Assembly: GCA_963727525.1 (NCBI GenBank)
Contig: CAVSGO010000007.1
Location: 1,664,001 to 1,728,000 of the forward strand
Source: an uncultured bacterium
GTDB lineage: Bacteria; Krumholzibacteriota; Krumholzibacteriia; LZORAL124-64-63
Direction: 5' to 3'
DNA: 64,000 nucleotides
Shown: positions 22,397 to 33,448 of the stretch, in pieces
Numbering within the stretch: position 1 is the stretch's first letter
Layout: the number at the start of each line of letters is the position of its first letter
The notes under the pieces: generated by a model
What the model saw: only the letters and a program-made list of their open reading frames with translations
Databases searched by the model: none
Told to the model about the DNA's origin: nothing
Made by a program: the position numbers and the translations under genes

Positions 22397-22413
22397 CATC
22401 CGTAACGCAGAAA

Positions 22414-23055
22414 CTACTGGAAGAGCGCCTTCACGGAGCCCCAGGTCGCCGGCTCGGTGGCCACTTCCTCGTTGAAGCCGAACACCGGATTCGCCAGGAG
22501 CCCGTCCACGCTGTTCGGACGCATCGGACGGATGTCGCCCGGATTGGCGCGGTCGTTGTATGCAATCTCGCCGGGGAGGGAGGCCGGGGTCGCCGGGCCC
22601 AGGAAGATCTCGGTGACGCCCGGATCCGCTGAGAAGAGCAGCTGGAACGTCACGATCGTCTTGTGATCCTCGCCGTTGAACGGCAGGCCGTTTCCAAAAC
22701 CGACGATCTGATTGTAGTTGTCGCCGATGTTCAGCGCACCAGTCCCGGCAGGATAGGTCGCGCCAAGCACGAACGGAGCCACGGCCGGGGCCGGCGCGAA
22801 GGACCAGCTGAACTCGAAGCCGCCGATGATTCCGGACGAGACGCGCGGGTAGTAGAGGACGAAGTAGATGGTCTGTGGCGCGTTGAGAGGCAGCGGGTTG
22901 ATCACGTTATTCGCGGAAGGAATATCCTCGGACGAGAAGATACATAAGACCGCGTCGGTCCCGTTGTCGACGGGAGGCTCGATCGCCAGCCCCACGGACG
23001 GAATGATGAGGGCCAGGACGGCGAGCGAGGCGAGTGCTGTTAACAACCTACGCAT
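22414..23055 (-). CDS. Secreted beta-sandwich (cohesin-like?) protein with C-terminal VATEPATWGSVKALFQ tail
   Basis: Signal peptide MRRLLTALAS...GLA; paralog of 23474-24094; own promoter and terminator. Confidence 0.8.
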   Translation of the reverse strand: MRRLLTALASLAVLALIIPSVGLAIEPPVDNGTDAVLCIFSSEDIPSANNVINPLPLNAPQTIYFVLYYPRVSSGIIGGFEFSWSFAPAPAVAPFVLGATYPAGTGALNIGDNYNQIVGFGNGLPFNGEDHKTIVTFQLLFSADPGVTEIFLGPATPASLPGEIAYNDRANPGDIRPMRPNSVDGLLANPVFGFNEEVATEPATWGSVKALFQ

Positions 23056-23278
23056 TGGTTCTTCCCCTTTCCCAAAGGCTAGATGGACTGCCCAGGATCG
23101 CATACCCAAGCGCCGACTCTCGATGTTTGGGTCCTTAGCCGCAGGCCAGGTCAGGCCACTCTTCGTCTATGCTGCTTGGAGGCACGGGCCTCGATCGCTC
23201 CGTCGTACAAGCAGCCGTATCCTGGGCTGAGGTCTAGCCGACCGGAGTGCGACGCAACCTACCGGTCATCTCGCGATG

Positions 23279-23307
23279 AATATCTCTGTAAAGAACAGGC
23301 GTGTCAA
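23279..23307 (-). promoter_or_regulatory. Putative sigma70 promoter with a long leader
   Basis: TTGACA-N17-GATATT, about 220 nt upstream of the ATG at 23055. Confidence 0.55.
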
Positions 23308-23405
23308 GGGGACATCCCCCTATCAGGCGGAATTAAACATGGCCGTAACTCGATGTCGGCGCCCTGATTTCGGCCGCCACTCCATGGTCGCCGATCGCGA
23401 CCAGG

Positions 23406-23441
23406 AAAAGAGAAGCCCCGGACATCGGTGATGTCCGGGGC
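23406..23441 (-). terminator. Rho-independent terminator
   Basis: 12-bp stem GCCCCGGACATC/GATGTCCGGGGC followed by TTCTCTTTT. Confidence 0.85.
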
Positions 23442-23473
23442 CTGGCCCGAAGGCCCGAAGCAGGAGCGAAGAC

Positions 23474-24094
23474 CTAGTTGAACAGAGCCTTCACGGTGCT
23501 CCAGTTGGTCGGCTCGGAGGCCACGGGGCCCGGGCAGCCGATACGGCCGAGGGAGGAGACCCAGCCGTTGGGATCGATCGTGACGTCGGTACCGTCGAGC
23601 GTCGCGAAATTCATCGGCTGAATGTCGCCAGGATCCGCGCCGTCGTTGAACGCGCAGTGGTTCGGGATCGACGCCGGCTGGGCCGGGCCGACCGTGATGT
23701 CCGTGTTGTCGAACACGGAGGTCGGGAGCATGTTCAGGGTCACCAGGACGCAAGCCTCGCCCGTGCTATACGGGGTGCCGAGACCGACGATGAACATGTG
23801 GCTGTCGCCAAGATTCAGCGCCTGGGGCGGCAACGTGGTCGTCAGAATGAACGGAGCGGTCGCGGGCTCGGGATTGAAGCGCCACTGGAACTCGAAGCCA
23901 CCGATCGTGGCAAACTGGCAGTTCGCGAGCACGAAGTACATGTTGAACGGCGTGTTTGCCACCAGGTCGACACAGGTCCCCTCGTAGGCCTGGTCGAAGT
24001 AGCAACCAAGGCTGTCGTCTCCATCGTCCACGATCGCGAAGGCCGAGGTCGCCATCAGGCTAGCCACGGCGAGTAGGATAACAAACTTCTTCAT
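23474..24094 (-). CDS. Secreted beta-sandwich (cohesin-like?) protein with C-terminal VASEPTNWSTVKALFN tail
   Basis: GGAGG RBS; signal peptide MKKFVILL...SAFA; shares YFVL, GGFEFxW, ALNxG, GPAxPAS, PGDIxPM with 22414-23055. Confidence 0.82.
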   Translation of the reverse strand: MKKFVILLAVASLMATSAFAIVDDGDDSLGCYFDQAYEGTCVDLVANTPFNMYFVLANCQFATIGGFEFQWRFNPEPATAPFILTTTLPPQALNLGDSHMFIVGLGTPYSTGEACVLVTLNMLPTSVFDNTDITVGPAQPASIPNHCAFNDGADPGDIQPMNFATLDGTDVTIDPNGWVSSLGRIGCPGPVASEPTNWSTVKALFN

Positions 24095-24599
24095 GCGAGA
24101 TACCTCCAATAGGTGCAGACCCAAACTTCGCGCGGCATCGTCGTGCTCTGCTCATCCGGGCCCTGATCTCGCCAGCACGCTACCTAACTATAGCGTTCTG
24201 GCCTCTCGGTCACTCCTGGAACCGCCCGTGGGAAATCCCTCGTGCGCTGGAAAAGGGTACCGTCCCTGAAAGGGCTGGACGAGTCCCAGTGCGTGCATTG
24301 ATTGTACACCATTTTTTTGTGGATTTGAAGCCCTTTTCTTTGAGAAAAATACAGGCTTCCGACCGGACCTCGAAAAGGATAAGCGATTCCAAGGAAATAG
24401 CCCGCCAGCACACGAATATTTTACGTGACCGCACCCGGAGCCGACCGCGCGGCAGGGTTCGCATTGAGCCAGTCTCTCCGGAACACCCATCTTGGCCTCA
24501 CGTGGAGCTCTGGCGCTCGAGAATTGTCAGAGTCAATCATGATCATTCCCGATCGATTCCATCCCCCACGACGCCCGCCGTACGCGAGTTCCGGCCCTG

Positions 24600-24636
24600 A
24601 AAAAACGCTGCCCCGCCGATGTTCATCGGCGGGGCA
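24600..24636 (-). terminator. Rho-independent terminator
   Basis: TGCCCCGCCGAT/ATCGGCGGGGCA stem followed by GCGTTTTTT. Confidence 0.82.
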
Positions 24637-24706
24637 ACTTTCCAGCGCACTCGAAGATCGTCAAGCCCTGTCGTGACGGCACATCACGCCGGGCTTGCCT
24701 TTCTCC

Positions 24707-25336
24707 TTACGGGCACATCGTACCGTTGCCGAACGCCATCAGGGTGATGTCACCCAGGTTGATGACGCCGTCGTAGTAGAAGTCGCCGTCGAAAGCATTC
24801 GGGCTGTTGTTGTACAGATCGGCGAAAAGCGTGACGTCGCCAAGGTTGACGGTCAGGCTTCCGTCGATATCAGCGCTGTTGAAGAGGATGTTCATGCCCG
24901 GGTGGTTCAGCGGGGAACCAGCCACGTACACGTTCACCGTCTCGCCACCGCTGTTGCCGCCGGCGAACAGCGGGTTCTGCCACTGGGTCAAACCAGCAGC
25001 ATCCGTGCTCGCATCCGCGGCTGTCCCGTTGGCACAGGCGACCAGGCCGTTGGCACTGGTCTGCAGCCAGAGGTCCTCGAACGGGTACAGAGCGATCGGA
25101 TCGCCGTTGGAATCGAGCAGCGTCAGATGAATGGTCGCGTCGACGGTATTGCCACTGCCGTCCTTCGCCAGGTCGAAGCTGTTGCCCTGACCGTTGGGAA
25201 GGCAGAACACCGACGCGCCCGACGCGCCGGCCGTGGCCGACGAAAGCGTCAGGTCAGGAATGCCGGCCCAGGCCATGGACGCCATGCTGACAACAAGGAC
25301 GCCGAGCAAGAAACCCGTGAGTTTCTTAAGATGCAT
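24707..25336 (-). CDS. Secreted Ig-like protein with two dockerin/EF-hand-like repeats
   Basis: Signal peptide ...SMAWA; ADIDGSLTVNLGDV and GDFYYDGVINLGDI repeats; GGAGG RBS. Confidence 0.75.
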   Translation of the reverse strand: MHLKKLTGFLLGVLVVSMASMAWAGIPDLTLSSATAGASGASVFCLPNGQGNSFDLAKDGSGNTVDATIHLTLLDSNGDPIALYPFEDLWLQTSANGLVACANGTAADASTDAAGLTQWQNPLFAGGNSGGETVNVYVAGSPLNHPGMNILFNSADIDGSLTVNLGDVTLFADLYNNSPNAFDGDFYYDGVINLGDITLMAFGNGTMCP

Positions 25337-25451
25337 TAGGACACCTCCAAAAAAGTACCGATCAAGCGAGGGTGGCTAACCCAGGCGTAGCACGTGTGAG
25401 AAATGCTTTGAGCCCTCCTTCCCACTCGTATGTCCATCACTTGACGCCATC

Positions 25452-25480
25452 AGATTACCATGTACGGCGCTGGAAGGCAA
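25452..25480 (-). promoter_or_regulatory. Putative sigma70 promoter (extended -10)
   Basis: TTGCCT-N17-TAATCT with a TG extension. Confidence 0.5.
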
Positions 25481-25597
25481 TATCAAATTTTCCCCGCTGA
25501 CTAATTATTTGCAAATGGTTACACCATCTTGACACTTGATACGTCATGATCGCAAAATATCGATATCTGGTTTCAAAATCGAATCGCCGAGGCGGTG

Positions 25598-25674
25598 TGG
25601 TGGGCGAAGACGGACTCGAACCGCCGACCCCCTGCTTGTAAGGCAGGTGCTCTAACCAGCTGAGCTATTCGCCC
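25598..25674 (-). tRNA. tRNA-Val(TAC)
   Basis: GGGCGAATAGCTCAGCTGGTTAGAGCACCTGCCT-TAC-AAGCAGG...GTTCGAGTC...TTCGCCCACCA, 77 nt. Confidence 0.97.
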
Positions 25675-25841
25675 ACCTTTTCTCGCGCATTGAGCCAGAG
25701 GAAGATCGGCAGTGCCAGGCAGTATCCCGCCACGAGCAAGATCGGCCCCCAGGACAGCCGTCCGGCGGCCAGCAGCAGGAATCCCAGGACGATCGCCGCC
25801 ACGCCGGCCCAGAGGAGCCAGGTCTTGCGCCAGAAATTCAT
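25665..25841 (-). CDS. Small two-TM membrane protein (DUF3098-like), 58 aa
   Basis: AGGAGG RBS; MNFWRKTWLLWAGVAAIVLGFLLLAAGRLSWGPILLVAGYCLALPIFLWLNAREKVGE*; absent from the ORF track. Confidence 0.75.
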   Translation of the reverse strand: MNFWRKTWLLWAGVAAIVLGFLLLAAGRLSWGPILLVAGYCLALPIFLWLNAREKVGE

Positions 25842-25880
25842 CGCGGTCCTCCTGTGCCCGGTAAGTCACTATACGGTGGC

Positions 25881-25909
25881 ATGATAGCCGCCGGATCGTC
25901 GGACGTCAA
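25881..25909 (-). promoter_or_regulatory. sigma70 promoter for the small gene and tRNA-Val
   Basis: TTGACG-N17-TATCAT; the -35 box contains the mltG stop codon. Confidence 0.72.
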
Positions 25910-27042
25910 CGTTGCTGTCGGCGAAGTGCGCGGTACCGGGCCACGGCGTGACGGTGCCCTTCCAGGGTCCGGGAGAACACGTGGCCCCCGGCGCCGTCGG
26001 CCACGAAATAGAGGGCGCGGCACGTGGTATCGGGGCGAGCTGCGGCCCGGATGGACGCCCAGCCGGGGTTATCGATCGGCCCCGGCGGCAGCCCGGGCCG
26101 CAGATACGTGTTGTAGCGAGACGCGACCCGCAGATCCGAATAGAGCAGACGCTCACCGCGTTTGCCCACGCCGAAGGCCACCGTGGGATCAGCCTCCAGG
26201 CGCATGCCGCGCGCGAGGCGATTGACGTAGACGGCCGCCACCTGCGACCGTTCGCCGCTCCGGCCGGTCTCGGCCTCCACGATCGAAGCCAGCGTGAGCA
26301 GAGCATGCGCAGAGAGCGCCGCCGTCACCGGCGATGTCGGCACGAGCGCCGCAGCCGAATCGAGGCGGGCGAGTTGCAGGGAGACGACGGCGCGAGCCGC
26401 CGTCTGCGCCGCGATACCCTCGGCGAAGTGATACGTATCGGGCGCCAGGTAGCCCTCGCACCAGTGCAGAGCGGAGCCGTCGGGCAGCCGTGTCGTGTCG
26501 ATGAGCGCGGCATAGGCGCTCTCCAGTGCGCCACCGCCGGCCAGGCCGCGCGACGTCACGGCGTGCTGCACGAGATCGTCGGCCTCGGCGAGGAAGTCCG
26601 TGGCCGGAAAACCGAGGGCGTCGCCGACGAGTTGCGCCACGTCCGTCGCCACCAGGCCTTCCGGGACGGTGACGACGATCGGCATCGGCGCGGTCTCCAC
26701 GAGCGCGCGCAGCACCGCGCGTGCGGGCGCGCCGACCGGCACGAGGAAGAGCCCGGGATGGAGGTCGCGATCGCGTCCCGCCAGCCGGGCGCCCAGGCGG
26801 AACACGCGCGGATCACGGATCAGCCCCCGCGTCGCAAGAGTGTCGGCAGCACGGTGAAGAGTCATGCCGGGCAGGATGCGCACCGTGTCGATGACCGCGC
26901 CCGGCGGCGCCGGTGGCTTGGCGAGGGTCCACGCCCACCAGGCCCATGCGGCCACCACCAGTACGCCGCCGACCATGCCCCCCAGCAGTGCGGTGCCGAG
27001 GCGCCGGCCCGGGCGGCGGGGCGCAGGTGCGGCCGTCGTCAT
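25906..27042 (-). CDS. mltG: Endolytic transglycosylase MltG
   Basis: EGYLAPDTY, LASIVEAE, NRLARGMRLEADPTV, YNTY...GLPPGPI, LYFVA...HVFS. Confidence 0.93.
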   Translation of the reverse strand: MTTAAPAPRRPGRRLGTALLGGMVGGVLVVAAWAWWAWTLAKPPAPPGAVIDTVRILPGMTLHRAADTLATRGLIRDPRVFRLGARLAGRDRDLHPGLFLVPVGAPARAVLRALVETAPMPIVVTVPEGLVATDVAQLVGDALGFPATDFLAEADDLVQHAVTSRGLAGGGALESAYAALIDTTRLPDGSALHWCEGYLAPDTYHFAEGIAAQTAARAVVSLQLARLDSAAALVPTSPVTAALSAHALLTLASIVEAETGRSGERSQVAAVYVNRLARGMRLEADPTVAFGVGKRGERLLYSDLRVASRYNTYLRPGLPPGPIDNPGWASIRAAARPDTTCRALYFVADGAGGHVFSRTLEGHRHAVARYRALRRQQR

Positions 27043-27458
27043 GCTTCGACCTCCGGACGCGACGATCCGTCCAGGTACGTTTGCAGGATCAGTTCCGCCG
27101 CCAGGGCATCGACCATCTCTCGCGGCCGCCCGCGCCCGACCAGGATGCGCTCGGCCTGCTGGCTCGTGTAGCGCTCGTCGAGCAGGTGGACGGGGAGCGC
27201 GAGCGCGTCCCGGACCCGGTTGGCGAAACGGCGCGCTTGCGCTGCGATGTCGCCCTCGCCCCCGTCGGCCCGCAGCGGTAGCCCGACCACCACCACCGTC
27301 ACACCGCGCTCGGCGACGATGCGTTCCAGCCAGGCCAGTACCGAGCCGTCGCGCCCCTCCCGGTGCGTCGCCAGCGCGAAGGCGTGGCGTCCCTCGATGT
27401 CGCTCACCGCGGCCCCGATGCGGCGCGTTCCGTAGTCGAGGCCGAGATAGACAGGCAT
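27039..27458 (-). CDS. ruvX: Holliday junction resolvase-like / pre-16S rRNA nuclease YqgF
   Basis: LGLDYGTRRIGAAVSD, VVGLP, DERYTS, VDALAAELILQ. Confidence 0.94.
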   Translation of the reverse strand: MPVYLGLDYGTRRIGAAVSDIEGRHAFALATHREGRDGSVLAWLERIVAERGVTVVVVGLPLRADGGEGDIAAQARRFANRVRDALALPVHLLDERYTSQQAERILVGRGRPREMVDALAAELILQTYLDGSSRPEVEA

Positions 27459-27463
27459 GGCGA

Positions 27464-27904
27464 TCAGGCGGGGAGATCGAGGTGCTTGATCAGACGGACG
27501 AGAAAACGTCCGTCAGGCGCACGGCCGTACTGCAGGTCGTCGGAGAACTCGCGCATGATGAGGATCCCGCGACCGCGTTCGCGCAAGAGATCGGTGGCTG
27601 GTTGCCAGATCGAGTAGTCGAAGCCCGGCCCCTCGTCGAGGACGGAGACGGCCAGCGATCCATCCTCGACGTCGATCCGGATCTCGATCTGCCGGTCGTC
27701 GCGTAGCTTGTTGCCATGTTCCATTGCGTTGGTGCACGCCTCGATGACGGCCGTCCCCAGCTCCTCGATCGCCTTTTTCGGACAGTCGAGGTCGGTGCCG
27801 ATCTCCATGAGCACCGCATCGGGCACACCGAGGTATGCCAGCTGGCTCGGCAACTTGAGTTCGATCCGTGCAGTCAACTGTCGCCCCGCAACCGGTTCAG
27901 GCAA
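27464..27904 (-). CDS. RsbW-like anti-sigma factor / Ser kinase (HATPase_c_2)
   Basis: EACTNAMEHGN, DEGPGFD, RGRGILIM; start uncertain. Confidence 0.85.
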   Translation of the reverse strand: MPEPVAGRQLTARIELKLPSQLAYLGVPDAVLMEIGTDLDCPKKAIEELGTAVIEACTNAMEHGNKLRDDRQIEIRIDVEDGSLAVSVLDEGPGFDYSIWQPATDLLRERGRGILIMREFSDDLQYGRAPDGRFLVRLIKHLDLPA

Positions 27905-28235
27905 AGCTCTGGATCGCCTGGTCCTCGTCATCATAGGACTCGAAGACGGTGTACAGCTTGGAGACCATGAAGATGGTCTCGATACGCTCGGAAACCTTCA
28001 GAAGTTTCAGCTCGCCGCCGGCGCGCTTGGCCGTGGTGTACCCCGAGATGAGGATGCCCAGCCCGGTACTGTTGACCCACTTCACGCTGCCGAGGTTCAC
28101 GAGAAAGTTCTTCTCGCCCTCGTGGATCAGGGTGCGCAGCACCTCGTTGAACGCCTCGGCGTCGGGCCCGCCCATGAGCTTGCCGCTCAGATCCAGGATG
28201 ATCACACCATCCCGCTTGCGTTCCTTGACCTTCAC
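27897..28235 (-). CDS. STAS-domain anti-sigma factor antagonist
   Basis: NLGSVKWVNSTGLGILI; GTG start after AAGGAG. Confidence 0.92.
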   Translation of the reverse strand: MKVKERKRDGVIILDLSGKLMGGPDAEAFNEVLRTLIHEGEKNFLVNLGSVKWVNSTGLGILISGYTTAKRAGGELKLLKVSERIETIFMVSKLYTVFESYDDEDQAIQSFA

Positions 28236-28313
28236 GCATCGACTCCTTGTGGGCGGCGGCCCTGCCCGTCGCCGTAAGCCAGGATAGCCGAGGCGGTTTC
28301 GCCTGTCCAGGCG

Positions 28314-29327
28314 TCAATCTGGTGCTGGTCCCAGACTCGGCGGCCACGGGAGGTCGAGTTGCCCGCACAGCCGCCGCAACGGCATGGCGAGGTCGGCCGG
28401 TAACGGCGCCTCGAAACGCCGCATCTCCCCCGTGGACGGGTGGCGCAGCTCGAGCACGTGGGCATGCAGGAACTGGCGGTGTACGGCTTTCACGAGCTGG
28501 GCGGCGGCGGCCCGGTCGACGGGCCGCACATTGCGCGCGCGGCGATCGTCGCCGTAGACCGGATCCCCCACCAGAGGATGGCCGTGATGGGTGAAATGCA
28601 CCCGAATCTGGTGCGTGCGGCCGGTGTCGAGCTTCACGCGGCAGAGCTGCACGAAGCCGAGGTCGGCCAACACCTCGAAGTGGGTGACCGCCTCGCGCCC
28701 CCCTCGCGTGACCACGGCCATGCGCTGCCGATCGCGGGGGTGCCGATCGATGGCGCCGACGAGGGTGCCACCGGATTCGGGCCAGGCCCCCCACGCCAGA
28801 GCTACGTAGGTGCGTCCGAGGCTGCGGTCCTGGAGCTGCTCCTGCAGGGAGCGGTAGGCGCGCGGACTCAGGGCGACGACGAGCAGCCCCGAGGTTTCGC
28901 GGTCGAGCCGGTGCACGAGGCCGGGGCGCCGCGGATCGCCGGTATCGACGATGGTGCGGCAGTGGTGGAGCAGGGCATTCACCAGGGTGCCGCTCGCGTG
29001 ACCGGGTGCGGGATGTGTGACCAGGCCGGCCGGCTTGTCGACCACGAGGATGTCGTCGTCCTCGTACACGATCGCCAGCGGCATCGCCTGCGGCAGGATG
29101 TGCGTCTCGGCGACTTCGGGCAGCGTGTAGGACACAGTCTGCCCCGCGGACACGCGGTACGACTTGGCGCGCGGCCGGTCATCCACGCGCACCAGATCGG
29201 CGGCGAACACGCGCTGGAACTGACTGCGGCTGACTTCGGGCAAGCGATCGCTGACAACGCGATCGAGCCGTTCCCCGTCCTCGTCGTCGTGTACGCGGAA
29301 TCGGCGATCAGCCGGGGCGTCACTCAC
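28314..29327 (-). CDS. rluD: RluA-family 23S rRNA pseudouridine synthase (RluD-like)
   Basis: S4 domain; KPAGLVTHP, RPGLVHRLDRETSG, TGRTHQIRVH, GDPVY. Confidence 0.92.
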   Translation of the reverse strand: MSDAPADRRFRVHDDEDGERLDRVVSDRLPEVSRSQFQRVFAADLVRVDDRPRAKSYRVSAGQTVSYTLPEVAETHILPQAMPLAIVYEDDDILVVDKPAGLVTHPAPGHASGTLVNALLHHCRTIVDTGDPRRPGLVHRLDRETSGLLVVALSPRAYRSLQEQLQDRSLGRTYVALAWGAWPESGGTLVGAIDRHPRDRQRMAVVTRGGREAVTHFEVLADLGFVQLCRVKLDTGRTHQIRVHFTHHGHPLVGDPVYGDDRRARNVRPVDRAAAAQLVKAVHRQFLHAHVLELRHPSTGEMRRFEAPLPADLAMPLRRLCGQLDLPWPPSLGPAPD

Positions 29328-29847
29328 CGGACGACTCCCCGGCCGGCACGTGGCCGGCCCGGTGCCGACGGCTGCGCCAGTCCTCGATGAACAGGGAGAC
29401 GAAGAGCAGGGCGCCACCCACGGTCACGCCCATGTCGGCCACGTTGAAGGTGTAGAAACGATGGCGGCCGATCCCGACGTCGATGAAGTCGACGACGAGG
29501 CCCTGATAGAAGATACGATCGACGAGATTGCCGAGCGCTCCGCCGAGGATCGCCCCCATGGCCAGGCGCCGCAAACGGTAGGACGGCGCCGAAGCCAGGA
29601 GCAGGTACACCAGAAACGCGGCCGCGGCGAGGCTGACCGCGACCAGGACCCACCGGCCGACCGGGAACAGGCCCATGGCCGAGCCGGGATTGCGCACGTA
29701 GGCGAGGCGAAGCCAGTCCCCCAGGATCTCGAAGCGTTCGAAACGCAGGGTGTCGGCCGAGGCCAGCACCAGGCGCTTGGTCACGAAGTCGGCGATCAGC
29801 AGCACACCGGCGACCAGCCAGGCCTCGCTGCGCACCAGGCGATTCAA
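29320..29847 (-). CDS. lspA: Lipoprotein signal peptidase II
   Basis: NPGSAMG, GGALGNLVDR, VVDFI, FNVAD. Confidence 0.95.
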   Translation of the reverse strand: MNRLVRSEAWLVAGVLLIADFVTKRLVLASADTLRFERFEILGDWLRLAYVRNPGSAMGLFPVGRWVLVAVSLAAAAFLVYLLLASAPSYRLRRLAMGAILGGALGNLVDRIFYQGLVVDFIDVGIGRHRFYTFNVADMGVTVGGALLFVSLFIEDWRSRRHRAGHVPAGESSGE

Positions 29848-30221
29848 AGGTTTCCTGCCTCTTCCTTCTCCTTGCAATCGATGCACAGGCGCGCGTACGG
29901 CAGGGCTCTCAGGCGCTCCAGGCCGATCTGATGGCCGCAGGCCTCGCACTTGCCGTAGGTCCCGTCCTCGATGCGCGAGAGCGCTTCCTCGATGTGGTAG
30001 AGGTAGCGCCCCTCGGTGGAGGCGAACTGGATCGTCGTTTCGTACTGGTACTCGTCCGTGCCCTGGTCGGCCAGATGATTGCTGTGGGCCTTGCCCGGCC
30101 CGATGCCATCGGTTCCGTCCTGGTTGCGGATGACCTTCTCGTGCTGAGCGAGCGACTGAGAGACGCGCTCCTTCTCCTGCATCAGCACTTTCCGGAACCG
30201 TTGCATCTCGGTCTTACGCAT
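29844..30221 (-). CDS. TraR/DksA C4 zinc-finger protein
   Basis: ALSRIEDGTYGKCEAC...ERLRALPYARLCIDC. Confidence 0.92.
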   Translation of the reverse strand: MRKTEMQRFRKVLMQEKERVSQSLAQHEKVIRNQDGTDGIGPGKAHSNHLADQGTDEYQYETTIQFASTEGRYLYHIEEALSRIEDGTYGKCEACGHQIGLERLRALPYARLCIDCKEKEEAGNL

Positions 30222-30235
30222 GGCACCTCCTCTCG

Positions 30236-33444
<3,209 letters not shown>

Positions 33445-33448
<4 letters not shown>

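Noticed and set aside
25337-25600. AT-rich stretch downstream of tRNA-Val as a genomic-island junction
   Set aside because: No integrase and no duplicated tRNA 3' end seen; better explained as promoter DNA.
25573-25869. 98-aa ORF spanning tRNA-Val
   Set aside because: Reads through the whole tRNA in another frame; the RBS-supported gene is 25665-25841.
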